A model generated the notes under the pieces. That model did no database searches, had not been told where the DNA came from, and worked only from the letters and a program-made list of their open reading frames with translations. Below, piece by piece: positions 1 to 9,856 of a stretch of 59,057 bases of DNA. The stretch comes from Phycisphaeraceae bacterium (GTDB taxonomy: Bacteria > Planctomycetota > Phycisphaerae > Phycisphaerales > Phycisphaeraceae). The number at the start of each line of letters is the position of its first letter. Within the stretch, counting starts at the first letter, position 1. Position numbers and translations under genes: made by a program. The stretch spans positions 1 to 59,057 of the forward strand of contig JAHQVV010000202.1 in assembly GCA_019634195.1 (NCBI GenBank), given 5' to 3'.

Positions 1-1
1 C

Positions 2-1414
2 CTGCTCGCCGAAGCGCCCGATAACGCCCAGCGGATCGATGTGGGCACGCGCGCGAAAAACCACAAGCTGACCCAGGACCAGACCAACCAGCTTCTGGTC
101 GATCTGGCCCACGAGGGCAAAGACGTCGTGCGACTGAAGGGTGGCGATCCGTACCTGTTCGGCAGGGGGGCCGAAGAGTGCGCCTTCCTCACTAAACACG
201 GCGTCTACTGCGAGGTCGTCCCCGGGGTCACCTCCGGAATCGCCGCGCCCGCCACCGCGGGCATCCCCGTGACCCACCGCAAGGTGGCCTCGACGGTCAC
301 CATCATTACTGGCCACGAGGACCCGACCAAGGGCGAGACCTCGATCGACTACCAGGCGCTCGCGGACCTCATCAAGGCCGGTGGCACCGCGTGCTTCTAC
401 ATGGGCGTCGGCCGGCTGCAGGCGATCTGCGACGAACTCACCGGTTGCGGCCTGCCCGATTCGATGCCCGCCGCGCTGATTCAGTGGGGCACCCTGCCCA
501 AGCAGCGGCACGTCACCGGCACACTCGCCAACATCAAAGCCCAGGTCGATGAAGCCGGGCTCAGCTCGCCGGCGATCATCGTCGTCGGTGAGGTCGCGGC
601 GATCGACGAGCCGGGCCTGGACTACTTCACCAACCGCCCGCTGTTCGGCCAGCGCATCCTCGTGACGCGGACGCGTCAGCAGGCGTCGGGCCTGCGGATG
701 CAGCTCGAAGCACTCGGCGCCGAGGTGCTCGAAGCGCCGACCATCCAGATCGAGTCGCCAAGCGATGCGGACTCGGCTGCGTTGAACGATGCGATCGGGC
801 AGATCGCGGGCTACGACGCGGTCATTTTTACCAGCGGTAACGCGGTGCAGGCGTTCGCCGATCGGTTGGAGGGAGCGGGGCTGGACAGCCGGGCGTTGTC
901 GGGGCTGCACCTGTCATGCATCGGCCGGGCGACCGCCGACGTGCTACGCGATCGGTTGTCTTGTACCGCCGACCTCGTGCCGGAGCGTTCGATCGCGGAG
1001 CCGTTTGTGCGGGAGCTGCTGGACGGCGGGGGCCTGGCGGGCAAGCGCGTCTTGCTGCCGCAGGCCGACATCGCACGCCCGCTGCTGGCCAAGGGCTTGC
1101 GTGATGCGGGCTGCACCGTCGATGTGTTGACCGCCTATCAAACCAAGCCGGCAGACGCGTTGCCCGAGGCGGTCTTCGATGCGCTGCGTGAGTCGGCGAT
1201 CGACTGGGTCACGTTCACCAGTTCATCCACCGCACGGAACCTGGCCGAGCTGCTCGGCGATGAGGCGGGGCTGCTGAAGAGCTGCAAGCTCGCCTCGATC
1301 GGCCCGAAGACCAGCGAGACGATGCGCGAGCTCGGCCTGCCGATCCGTGTCGAGGCGACCCAGCACGATCTTGACGGCTTAGTCGCCGCGTTGGTTGCCG
1401 ACCAGAACCCTTGA
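2..1414 (+). CDS. cobA: Uroporphyrinogen-III C-methyltransferase / uroporphyrinogen-III synthase fusion (CobA-HemD), 5'-truncated by window edge
   Basis: VVRLKGGDPYLFGRG, VPGVTSGIAAPA and GIPVTHR SUMT motifs, then a HemD domain (RPLFGQRILVTR, FTSSST, SIGPKTS). The frame is open from base 2. Confidence 0.93.
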   Translation: MLAEAPDNAQRIDVGTRAKNHKLTQDQTNQLLVDLAHEGKDVVRLKGGDPYLFGRGAEECAFLTKHGVYCEVVPGVTSGIAAPATAGIPVTHRKVASTVTIITGHEDPTKGETSIDYQALADLIKAGGTACFYMGVGRLQAICDELTGCGLPDSMPAALIQWGTLPKQRHVTGTLANIKAQVDEAGLSSPAIIVVGEVAAIDEPGLDYFTNRPLFGQRILVTRTRQQASGLRMQLEALGAEVLEAPTIQIESPSDADSAALNDAIGQIAGYDAVIFTSGNAVQAFADRLEGAGLDSRALSGLHLSCIGRATADVLRDRLSCTADLVPERSIAEPFVRELLDGGGLAGKRVLLPQADIARPLLAKGLRDAGCTVDVLTAYQTKPADALPEAVFDALRESAIDWVTFTSSSTARNLAELLGDEAGLLKSCKLASIGPKTSETMRELGLPIRVEATQHDLDGLVAALVADQNP

Positions 1415-1477
1415 GTTTGATTCTTCCCCGCTCGTTATCCGTGCTACTCTTCTTGGGTGGCTTGATAGAGAACGACC

Positions 1478-2053
1478 ATGGGTGACATACCAGCAAAACC
1501 TTCTCGGCTGCTGCCGTACCGCTCGGCCCTGCTCATTGTTGACATGCAGTATCGGCTGATGCAGGTGATGCACGAGCAGAAGAAGCTCCGGCGTCGCGCC
1601 AGCCGACTGGTTCAAGGCAGCAACATCCTGGGGGTCCCGCAGCTCGTCACCGAGCAGTACCCCCGCGGCCTGGGCGACACGATCGAGGAGGTCGCCCGCC
1701 ACATCGTCCCGCAGCGCATCGAAGAGAAGACGCGTTTTTCGGCTTATATCCATCCGATCCGCGAGCGGCTCAAGGAATTGGACGTGGACAGCGTGGTGAT
1801 CGCCGGCGTCGAAGCGCATGTCTGTGTGCTTGGGACCTGCCTGGACCTGATGCACGCCGGCTACCGCGTTTACCCGGTCTGGGACGCGATCAGCTCCCGC
1901 CGGATTGAGGATAAGGAGGCCGCAAGAGACAGGCTGACCCAGGCGGGTGCGGTTCCTTCGACCGTTGAATCGGTGCTGTTTGAGTGGCTGGGCGACGCGG
2001 ACGACAGCCGATTCCATCTCGTCCAGGAACTGATCAAGGGCTCCGAGACCTAG
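1478..2053 (+). CDS. Isochorismatase-family cysteine hydrolase
   Basis: LLIVDMQ, TEQYPRGLG, EKTRFS, GVEAHVCV and DAISSR motifs. Confidence 0.9.
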   Translation: MGDIPAKPSRLLPYRSALLIVDMQYRLMQVMHEQKKLRRRASRLVQGSNILGVPQLVTEQYPRGLGDTIEEVARHIVPQRIEEKTRFSAYIHPIRERLKELDVDSVVIAGVEAHVCVLGTCLDLMHAGYRVYPVWDAISSRRIEDKEAARDRLTQAGAVPSTVESVLFEWLGDADDSRFHLVQELIKGSET

Positions 2054-2149
2054 TGGGGCAGGGGCTTTCTTGCCCCCTCAGCGGCCTCACGCTACGCTAT
2101 TGCAACACGTCAGCCCGGCTGAGCCGGGCCAGTCCTCAAGGAGACACCC

Positions 2150-2332
2150 ATGCTCGAGACCTACGAACAGCTCAAAAACCTGGTCAGTGCCGTTGAAGAC
2201 GACATCCGCAAGGCTGCCGGTGGCAACAAGGCCGCGGGTACCCGCGTCCGCAAGCAGATGCAGGACGTCAAGAACACCGCCCAGGAATTGCGTAAGCAGG
2301 TCCTCGAGGCACGCGACTCCGATTCCGCGTGA
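2150..2332 (+). CDS. Histone H1-like protein, Hc1 family (short form)
   Basis: GNKAAGTRVRK signature; AAGGAG SD upstream; 60 aa. Confidence 0.8.
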   Translation: MLETYEQLKNLVSAVEDDIRKAAGGNKAAGTRVRKQMQDVKNTAQELRKQVLEARDSDSA

Positions 2333-2441
2333 CCATCCATCGGCCTAAATCGCCGTTTTTTGCGGTATCAAGGCGTCTTTACACTACTACCCAGCCTGTC
2401 CGACATCGCTCGGCACCGGCTCCTATTTGACGCCAAAACCC

Positions 2442-2918
2442 ATGGCCCCACAACTGCTCTTCGATCTCTCCGCGCATGATTTAGACAAGGTCTTGTACGG
2501 CTCGGACCACATCGAGTCCTACAACCCCCACCGCGGGGCCATGCGCCTGCTCGACGCGATTGTCTGGGAGGACGTCGTGGATGTCACCCACGCGATTGGC
2601 TACAAGGACATCCGCGATGACGAGTTCTGGGTGCCCGGGCACATCCCCGGCCGGCCGATCTTCCCGGGCGTCCTGATGATCGAGGCCGCGGCACAGTTCG
2701 CCTCCTACGTGACCATGCGGAAGTTCAACAAAGTCAAGTTCATCGGCTTCGCCGGGGTGGACAACGTCAAGTTCCGCGGGCAGGTCAAGCCAGGCGACCG
2801 GCTCTACCTGCTCATCGATGGCTTTAGCATGAAGCCTCGCCGGGCCGTCTGCAAGGCCCAGGGCGTGGTCAACGGCAGCCTCGTCTTCGAGGGCACGATC
2901 ACCGGCATGCCCATGTAA
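2442..2918 (+). CDS. fabZ: 3-hydroxyacyl-ACP dehydratase (FabZ/FabA hotdog family)
   Basis: PHR, GHIPGRPIFPGVLMIEAAAQ and KFRGQVKPGD motifs. ATG 2442 preferred over TTG 2427. Confidence 0.85.
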   Translation: MAPQLLFDLSAHDLDKVLYGSDHIESYNPHRGAMRLLDAIVWEDVVDVTHAIGYKDIRDDEFWVPGHIPGRPIFPGVLMIEAAAQFASYVTMRKFNKVKFIGFAGVDNVKFRGQVKPGDRLYLLIDGFSMKPRRAVCKAQGVVNGSLVFEGTITGMPM

Positions 2919-3025
2919 TTGTTCTGTCGCGTTGCGATCCCTCGCATCGGCTTTACGCTGCGCGCTGTCCGGCTTATTCTGCACAACCCAAAACGAACCA
3001 AGACATCTATCACGGAGATCTATCG

Positions 3026-4228
3026 ATGGCCAAGCCAAAACCTCTGAACGTCGCACTGATTGGATCCGGCTTCATGGGCCGGACCCACTCCAACGCCTAC
3101 CTGAAGGTGGCCAAGTTCTTCAAGACGCCGTACGAGCCGGTGATGCACTCGGTCTGCTCGCTCGAGCCGACGCTCGGCGTGTTCGCCGACCAGTGGGGCT
3201 GGCAGAACCACGGCTCGGACGTCGATGCGATCTTCAACAGCGACGAGATCGACCTGGTCGACCTGGTCACCCCGAACCACCTGCACGCCCCACACGCGAT
3301 CGCCGCGCTCGAGGCGGGCAAGCACATCGCGTGTGAAAAGCCCCTGGCGGGCACACTCGACGACGCCCGCGCGATGATGCAGGCGGCCAAGAAAGCCAAG
3401 AAGGCCAAGAGCTTCTGCTGGTTCGTGTACCGCCGTGTGCCCGCCGTGGCCATGGCGCACCAGATGGTCAAGGAAGGCAAGCTCGGCCGGATCTACCACG
3501 TCCGCGCTGCGTACCTGCAGGACTGGGGCGGCCCCGAGACCCCGCTGCTCTGGCGCTTCAAGGGCAAGCAGGCCGGCTCCGGCGCCCACGGCGACCTCAA
3601 CGCGCACATCATCGATATGGCCCGGTTCATCACCGGCGAAGAGATCACCGAGGTCACCGGCGCGATCAAAGAGACCTTCATCAAGCAGCGCGAGATCATC
3701 GAGTCAGGCGGCAAGAACTCTATCAGCGCCAAGTCCGGCAGCAAGTCCAAGAAAAAGCGTTACGGCAAATCCACCGTCGACGACGCGCTGCTGTTCCTCG
3801 CGCGGTTTAAGGGCGGTGCCTGTGCGTCGTTCGAGGCTTCACGCCTCGCGACCGGCGACAAGAACGCGAACCGCATCGAGATCCACGGCGAGAAGGGGGC
3901 GCTCCGCTACAACTTCGAGCGTGCCAACGAGCTGGAGTGGTACGACAACACGCTGTCCGGCCGGGAGCAGGGCTGGTCGACCATCAACGTCACCCGTGGC
4001 GACGACGGGCACCCCTACGTCGGCAACTGGTGGCCTGCGGCACATATCATCGGCTACGAGCACACCTTCGTGAACATGGCCGCCGACATGCTCAGTGTGA
4101 TCGGCAACAAGAAGCCGGTTGTCCCGATCTGCGACTTCAAGGACGCCTACGAGACCCAGCGGGTGCTGGAAGCGGCCGTCCTCGCTGCGGACAACCGCTG
4201 CCCGGTGAAGCTGAGCGAGGTGAAGTAA
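3026..4228 (+). CDS. Gfo/Idh/MocA family oxidoreductase
   Basis: IGSGFMGRTHS, TPNHLH, CEKPLA and GAHGDLNAHIID motifs. Confidence 0.92.
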   Translation: MAKPKPLNVALIGSGFMGRTHSNAYLKVAKFFKTPYEPVMHSVCSLEPTLGVFADQWGWQNHGSDVDAIFNSDEIDLVDLVTPNHLHAPHAIAALEAGKHIACEKPLAGTLDDARAMMQAAKKAKKAKSFCWFVYRRVPAVAMAHQMVKEGKLGRIYHVRAAYLQDWGGPETPLLWRFKGKQAGSGAHGDLNAHIIDMARFITGEEITEVTGAIKETFIKQREIIESGGKNSISAKSGSKSKKKRYGKSTVDDALLFLARFKGGACASFEASRLATGDKNANRIEIHGEKGALRYNFERANELEWYDNTLSGREQGWSTINVTRGDDGHPYVGNWWPAAHIIGYEHTFVNMAADMLSVIGNKKPVVPICDFKDAYETQRVLEAAVLAADNRCPVKLSEVK

Positions 4229-4259
4229 GGCATATGGCTGGACTTCTGGCGTGGCCTAC

Positions 4260-4287
4260 TTGACAGCCATTGCCAACCGGATACATT
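4260..4287 (+). promoter_or_regulatory. Sigma70-type promoter of tRNA-Asp
   Basis: TTGACA-N16-TACATT about 40 nt upstream of the tRNA. Confidence 0.6.
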
Positions 4288-4328
4288 ATTCCGCTCGGCG
4301 TGGCTTGCTGCGTCGAAACCGGCCCTGA

Positions 4329-4402
4329 GGGGGCGTAGCTCAATTGGTTAGAGCACCGGCCTGTCACGCCGGAGGTTGCGAGTTCGAATCTCGTCGCCCT
4401 CG
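4329..4402 (+). tRNA. tRNA-Asp (anticodon GTC), CCA not encoded
   Basis: Acceptor GGGGGCG/CGCCCTC, D arm TAGCTCAATTGGTTAGAGC, anticodon arm CCGGC-CTGTCAC-GCCGG, T loop GTTCGAATC, discriminator G. Confidence 0.97.
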
Positions 4403-4408
4403 TTTAAT

Positions 4409-4443
4409 TAACGCCCATCACTTCGGTGGTGGGCGTTATTATT
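4409..4443 (+). terminator. Hairpin/intrinsic terminator after tRNA
   Basis: TAACGCCCATCAC-TTCG-GTGGTGGGCGTTA followed by a T-rich tail; cUUCGg loop. Confidence 0.65.
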
Positions 4444-4500
4444 AGGGTGAACGAACGTCTTTCTCATGTCGTATATCGTTCATGTCGAGAAATACACTTG

Positions 4501-6066
4501 ATGGGTAAGTCTGCTGTCATCTTGCTTGCGTTGCTGGGGGTGCTCTATGCAGCCTCGGCTGATGCACAGGAAAAGAAGGCACCCAAGCCAAACGTGCTGA
4601 TCATCATGGCCGACGACCTGGGCTTCGCGGACCTGGGCTGCTACGGCGGGGATATCCAGACGCCGAACCTCGACATGCTCGCGGAGGACGGCCTCCGGTT
4701 CACGCAGTTCTACACCGCCGGCCGCAGCGCCGCGAGCCGGCTGTCGATGCTGACCGGCTACTACCACGACCAGATCGGTGCCTCGCGTCCGGCCTGGACC
4801 AAGACGCTGCCCCAGCACCTCAGCAGCGCGGGCTACCGCAGCTACCACGCCGGCAAGTGGCAGTTGGACCGCTGGTTCGACGAGCCGATCCAGGACGCGG
4901 GCTTTAGCCGCTCGTACCACCTCGTCGACTCGAGCCGGCATCACTGGCCTAAAGAGCACTTCCTCGATGGCCGACGCCTGGGCGCTGTGGAGCGGTCCGG
5001 TGACTACAACGCTTCCCAGGCTTGTACGGACTATATGATCCAGTTCCTCAAGGACCACGCCGAGGGTCACAAGGACGAGCCATTCTTTGCCTACCTCGCG
5101 TACACCTCGCCGCACCACCCCTTGCAGGCCGACCCGGACGACATCGCCGACTACGCAGAGGATTTTGACGACGGTTGGGACGCCCGCCGGGCGCGCATCT
5201 TTGTCAAGCAGAAACAGATGGGGCTGATTGATACGGACCTGTCTCCGCTAGAGCCGCGTCTTGTCGCGCCGGGCGGCACCGCAGCGCAGCGCCGCGAGAT
5301 CGGCGACGTGGAGGTGCCTTATGCGCTGCGTTGGTTCGAGCTGACGGATCAGCAGCAGCGTTTTCAGTCTGAAAAGATGCGTATCTACGCCGCGATGGTG
5401 GACCGCATGGACCGCGAGATCGGGCGGATTATCTACCAGCTCAGGCGGATGAGGGCCTACGAGAACACACTCATCCTCTTTATGTCGGACAACGGCGCGA
5501 GCTCCGAGATCCTCATCGGCCCCGGCGGTCACGACCCCGACGCCGTACCCGGAGCGGGCGATTCGTACCTGTGTCTCGGCCCGGGCTGGGCGTCGTCATC
5601 GAATACGCCATTCCGCCGGCACAAGCTCTCGACTCACGAGGGCGGCCTTACCGTCCCAATGATCGCCCATTGGCGGCGTGCCATCGAGGACGAGGGCGAG
5701 TTCAAGCAGGAAGTGTCCCACCTGATCGATGTTGCCCCGACGATCCTGGGCCTCGCCGGGGTCGAGCTGAAGGACGTAAAAGACGTGCCCACGCTGCCGG
5801 GGACGGCGCTTACGCCGACCCTGTTAGGTGAGGGCAAGTTCCCGGAACGCGAGCTCTTCTTCAATCAGGCGGGTAACCGCGCTTTGCGGCAGGGCGACTG
5901 GAAGATTGTTGCATCGGTCAATGACCGGGCCTGGTCGTTGTACGACATGAAGGAAGACCGTGCGGAGAAAAACAACGTCGGCCGCGGTCACCCCGAGAAG
6001 CTTCTGGAACTGACGATGCGGTGGGAACGGCTCAACAAAGACTACGAGGAAGACGCCGAGCGTTAG
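4501..6066 (+). CDS. Secreted arylsulfatase-family (S1) protein with atypical SxAxR motif
   Basis: Signal peptide; PNVLIIMADDLG, YAAMVDRMD, SDNG and HEGG motifs; active-site segment reads SAASRLSMLTG. Confidence 0.88.
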   Translation: MGKSAVILLALLGVLYAASADAQEKKAPKPNVLIIMADDLGFADLGCYGGDIQTPNLDMLAEDGLRFTQFYTAGRSAASRLSMLTGYYHDQIGASRPAWTKTLPQHLSSAGYRSYHAGKWQLDRWFDEPIQDAGFSRSYHLVDSSRHHWPKEHFLDGRRLGAVERSGDYNASQACTDYMIQFLKDHAEGHKDEPFFAYLAYTSPHHPLQADPDDIADYAEDFDDGWDARRARIFVKQKQMGLIDTDLSPLEPRLVAPGGTAAQRREIGDVEVPYALRWFELTDQQQRFQSEKMRIYAAMVDRMDREIGRIIYQLRRMRAYENTLILFMSDNGASSEILIGPGGHDPDAVPGAGDSYLCLGPGWASSSNTPFRRHKLSTHEGGLTVPMIAHWRRAIEDEGEFKQEVSHLIDVAPTILGLAGVELKDVKDVPTLPGTALTPTLLGEGKFPERELFFNQAGNRALRQGDWKIVASVNDRAWSLYDMKEDRAEKNNVGRGHPEKLLELTMRWERLNKDYEEDAER

Positions 6067-6124
6067 CGGTACATATCAAGCATCGCGTTTGCTCTTCTCG
6101 TTGATTTCATCCATCACAACCTAG

Positions 6125-7480
6125 TTACTTGATTTCTTTGATCCGGATCTTTCGGAACTGCACCTGGTCGTAGTGCCCGGTGAAGCCGAAGTGCCCTTTG
6201 GTCACAGAGCGTGCGGGGTTGTCTTCGGGGGCGTCTTTGCTCAGGTCGGTTTCGAGGATGGTGTAGCCGTTGAGGACGACGGTGATCTTGCTGCCCTTGA
6301 CGGTGACTTCTTGTGTGTTCCACTGGCACGCGGGGCGGAGGAAGCCTTGGTGGGCGCCCTTGATCCCGTAGGCGCTGCCGTGGTACTGGTTGTCGCGCAG
6401 CTTGGCGTACATGATGTGGTTGTCGTCGAGGACCTGTAGCTCTAGCGCAACGTGGGCGGGGTGTTCCTCGGGGTCTGCGGTGGGCATGCGGATCGCCAGG
6501 CCGTTGTTGCCGCCTGGTGGGGTCTTGAACTGCAGGCGGACGACGAAGTCCTCGTACTGTTTCTCGGTCAACAGGTTGCCGCCGAAGTCCTGCTTGCATT
6601 GGATTGCGTCGTCTACGACTTCATAGCTGCCGGTCGCACCGACCCAGCCAGTGAGGTCTTCGCCATTAAACAGCGGGATGAACTCGTCCTCGTCGCCGCC
6701 GGTGATCTCGGCCAGCAGTTTGTCCGACTCGGCGTAGGGGAGCCGCCGGACGAAGATGTTTTTAAAACGCGTTTCGCTGCCGTGGGTCTGCAGGTGGACC
6801 GGTCCCTCGCTATAGACGGGTTGGTCGCGGTGGTAGAAGTTTTCGAGCTCGACGTTATCGACAACGGTCTTGCCGTTAAGGATCACCGTGACGTACGGCC
6901 CGACCATGCGGATGTACATCCGGTTCCACTCGCCGATCGGTTTGTCCGCTAGTTCGCTGGGGTTCTTGCCTGCTTTTTTGTTGTTCCATAGCCCGCCGGA
7001 GCCCTTGTCCGAGCCGTGCTTGTGCGCGGGCTTGTGGTTGGGGTCCCAGAGCTGGACCTGCGGGCAGTGGCGGAGGTAGATGCCCGAGTCGCCGCCGGCG
7101 GTCATGAGCTTCCAATCGACCCACATCTCGAAATCGCCGTAGTACCGGTTGGAGACGAGGTGCGGGCCTTTGCCGTCGCTGATGAGCTCGCCGTTCTCGA
7201 CGTGCCAGTGCTTCTCGACCTGCTCTTTCTTTTCGACGTTATAGTCGTGCCAGGTGTCGTAGTCGAGGGTGGAGAACCACTCGGGGTCCTTCGTCTCGCC
7301 GCCGCTCCAGCCGGTGAGGTCTTCGCCATTGAAGATGGCGAGGAATCCCCTAGGCGGCTGGTTGTTTTCTTGTGCATGGGTCGACGTACCGGTCAGCATC
7401 CATGCGCAGGCCAACAAAGTGGTAAAAATCGTTTTCCGATTGTGTTTTGTCTGCATCTGTTTGTCTCTCGTCGCCGCCAT
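6125..7480 (-). CDS. Secreted two-domain DUF1080 (3-keto-disaccharide hydrolase/lyase-like) protein
   Basis: Two FNGEDLTGW repeats, GDSGIYLR, GSGGLWNN, LQTHG and FRKIRIKE. Alternative start at 7456. Confidence 0.9.
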   Translation of the reverse strand: MAATRDKQMQTKHNRKTIFTTLLACAWMLTGTSTHAQENNQPPRGFLAIFNGEDLTGWSGGETKDPEWFSTLDYDTWHDYNVEKKEQVEKHWHVENGELISDGKGPHLVSNRYYGDFEMWVDWKLMTAGGDSGIYLRHCPQVQLWDPNHKPAHKHGSDKGSGGLWNNKKAGKNPSELADKPIGEWNRMYIRMVGPYVTVILNGKTVVDNVELENFYHRDQPVYSEGPVHLQTHGSETRFKNIFVRRLPYAESDKLLAEITGGDEDEFIPLFNGEDLTGWVGATGSYEVVDDAIQCKQDFGGNLLTEKQYEDFVVRLQFKTPPGGNNGLAIRMPTADPEEHPAHVALELQVLDDNHIMYAKLRDNQYHGSAYGIKGAHQGFLRPACQWNTQEVTVKGSKITVVLNGYTILETDLSKDAPEDNPARSVTKGHFGFTGHYDQVQFRKIRIKEIK

Positions 7481-7693
7481 TCGTATTCAATTCGTGGATG
7501 TCACAGCGGCTCTATTGAGGCTGGCCACATGTCAATGCTATGGTACACATTGTCGCATTGTATGATGCAAGCTTTTAAGAGAAACTGGCCCCGGGATTCG
7601 CTGATTGATTCGGCACAGAAAAAAGGATGGCACCGTCTAGACGATTACCATCCTAGGCTAAGCTTAGATCTTCAGGCGATCGACCGGGCGAAA

Positions 7694-8464
7694 CTACTCG
7701 TTGCCAGCGACTTCTTTAAGGGCCTTCTTGGATTCTTCCGCATCGAATTCGCGGACGAAGACGTTGCGGAAGCGTGTTTCGCTGCCGTGGGTCTGCAGGT
7801 GGATCCGGCCCGTCTCATAGACGGGTTTTTGGCGGTCAAAGTAGTTCTCCATCACGACGTTGTCGACCACCGTCTTGCCGTTGAGGACGACCGTGCAGTA
7901 CTGCCCGACCATGCGGATGTACATGCGGTTCCACTCGCCGATGGGGTTGTCGGCGACTTGGCTGGGAGCGCGCGGGTGCTTCTGGTTATTCCACAGCCCA
8001 CCGGAGCCCTTGTCGGAACCGGCTGCATGCGCAGGCTTGTAGTTCGGATCCCATATCTGGATCTGCGGGGAATCGCGGACGTAGATCCCCGAGTCGCCGC
8101 CAGCGGTCATGAGCTTCCAGTCCACCCACATTTCGAAGTCGGCGTACTCGCCCGGCGTGACCAGGTGCAGCCCCTTGCCATCACTGATCAGTTCACCCGC
8201 CTCAACGCGCCAATGCTTGTTGATGTTGGCTCTGAGCTTGGCGTGATAGGCCTTGCGCTGCTCGTCGTCCATGCCCTTGAGTTTTTGACGGAGCTTGACG
8301 GGGTCTTCGGTCGTGCCAGCGGTCCAGTCCGCCACGTCCTTGCCGTTGAATAGGGCAGTGAAGCCCTCCGGCGGCTGGTTTTTCTCATGGGCGTATGTGG
8401 TCTGTGTTGCCATGGTAATCAGGCACAGCACAACAACAGTAATCGTTACTGGTTTCATCATCAC
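7694..8464 (-). CDS. Secreted single-domain DUF1080 protein, paralogue of the neighbour's N-domain
   Basis: LFNGKD, DFEMWVDWKLMTAGGDSGIY and LQTHGSETRF shared with 6125..7480; signal peptide. Confidence 0.9.
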   Translation of the reverse strand: MMMKPVTITVVVLCLITMATQTTYAHEKNQPPEGFTALFNGKDVADWTAGTTEDPVKLRQKLKGMDDEQRKAYHAKLRANINKHWRVEAGELISDGKGLHLVTPGEYADFEMWVDWKLMTAGGDSGIYVRDSPQIQIWDPNYKPAHAAGSDKGSGGLWNNQKHPRAPSQVADNPIGEWNRMYIRMVGQYCTVVLNGKTVVDNVVMENYFDRQKPVYETGRIHLQTHGSETRFRNVFVREFDAEESKKALKEVAGNE

Positions 8465-8503
8465 AAATTGTTCCTTGTTTGAGGTATTGCTTTGGGCTGT
8501 GGG

Positions 8504-9856
8504 TTACCCTTGGCCGAGCTGCTTGAGCATGTCCTGGCCTTTGCGGTAGGTGCGGTGCACAAGTTCGTTGGCGGGGGCGTGGTCAAACGTCAGCTTCGGG
8601 CTGTCCCACTTCAGCTTGCGGTCCTTAAAGCTGCTTGCCGCGACGCCGACGAGGACCGCCTCGGTCACTTGTGCCGAGTAGGAGAAGGGGGTCGAGGCCT
8701 TGCCGACACCCCGACAGGCATCGGTGAACTCGGTGTAGTGGTCGTTGTTGTCTTTCTGCTGCACCTCGACCTCGATCTTATTGCCGTCGGCGTAGAAGTA
8801 CGGGGCGGCGATATGCGGCAGCACCATCACGGCTTTCTCGCCGACCAGGAACATGCCCGCGCCGGGGAGCGGCGCGCCTTGGGCGCGGCTCGCGTCGGGG
8901 CTGCTGCTGTTGTGGCCATCGGTCCAGCGGAATTTCACCTCTTCGGTGGTGTAAGGCGTCTGGCCGAAGGTGTACTGCACATCGGTGTCCGGCGCAAAAG
9001 TTTCCGCGTAGGTTTGCGGGCCTTTGGAGACGACGCTGGTCGGCATGCCCAGGTCCAGGCAGGAAAAAACGGGGTCGTAGATGTGGCAGCCCATGTCGCC
9101 GAGGGTCCCGGTGCCGAAGTCTCGCCACTTCCGCCAGTTAGCGGGGTGGTAGGCGCCTTTGACGTAGGGCCGGTCCGGTGCCACGCCGAGCCATAGGTCC
9201 CAGTCCAGATGATCCGGGACCGGGTCCGTCCGATCCGGACGGCCTTCCTCGGGCCCTGACCAGGACTTGCTCACCCAGAGGTGTGCTTCGCTGACCTTGC
9301 CGATTGCGCCAGAGCGGACGGTCGCTGCTGCGGTGCGGTAGGTCGAGTGGCTGTGGATCTGTGTCCCCATCTGGGTGACGAGCTTGGGGTTCTTCTCGGC
9401 CATCTCCTGCATCGCACGCAGCTCGGCGATGTTGTGGGCCAAGGGTTTCTGCACGTGGACGTGGATGCCGAGTTGCATCGCGGCGAGCGCGATCGCACCG
9501 TGCATGTGGTCCGGCGTGGAGATGAGCAGGGCGTCGATGTCCTTGCCCATCTTGTCCAGCATGACGCGGTAGTCTTTGAACCCCTTGGCATCGCCATACC
9601 GCTGCGTCGCACCGCCGAGCTTGGTGCTGTCGACGTCGCAGACGCCGATGACGCGGACGTTCTTCCCGTTCGCTGAGCCGGCCAAGTCACTGGCACCCTT
9701 GCCGCCCACGCCGACGGCGGCGAGATTGAGCGTCTCGTTGGCTCCTTGGCCGTAAACGATTGATGGGCCGGCAAGCGCAGCGGCCCCCAGGGCGAGCGAG
9801 CCCCGGAGCAGTTCACGGCGAGTGGGTCGGTAGTTTGGATAAGAAGGTCGGTTCAT
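8504..9856 (-). CDS. Tat-exported Gfo/Idh/MocA oxidoreductase
   Basis: TRRELLRG twin-arginine signal; TPDHMH, QKPLAH, WDLWLG and GDMGCH motifs. Confidence 0.92.
   Translation of the reverse strand: MNRPSYPNYRPTRRELLRGSLALGAAALAGPSIVYGQGANETLNLAAVGVGGKGASDLAGSANGKNVRVIGVCDVDSTKLGGATQRYGDAKGFKDYRVMLDKMGKDIDALLISTPDHMHGAIALAAMQLGIHVHVQKPLAHNIAELRAMQEMAEKNPKLVTQMGTQIHSHSTYRTAAATVRSGAIGKVSEAHLWVSKSWSGPEEGRPDRTDPVPDHLDWDLWLGVAPDRPYVKGAYHPANWRKWRDFGTGTLGDMGCHIYDPVFSCLDLGMPTSVVSKGPQTYAETFAPDTDVQYTFGQTPYTTEEVKFRWTDGHNSSSPDASRAQGAPLPGAGMFLVGEKAVMVLPHIAAPYFYADGNKIEVEVQQKDNNDHYTEFTDACRGVGKASTPFSYSAQVTEAVLVGVAASSFKDRKLKWDSPKLTFDHAPANELVHRTYRKGQDMLKQLGQG

Noticed and set aside
4329-4500. tRNA-Asp as a genomic island integration site
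   Set aside because: No integrase and no duplicated tRNA 3' end seen in the window.
7016-8353. 445-aa plus-strand ORF
   Set aside because: Antisense to two well-supported DUF1080 genes; no recognisable domain.
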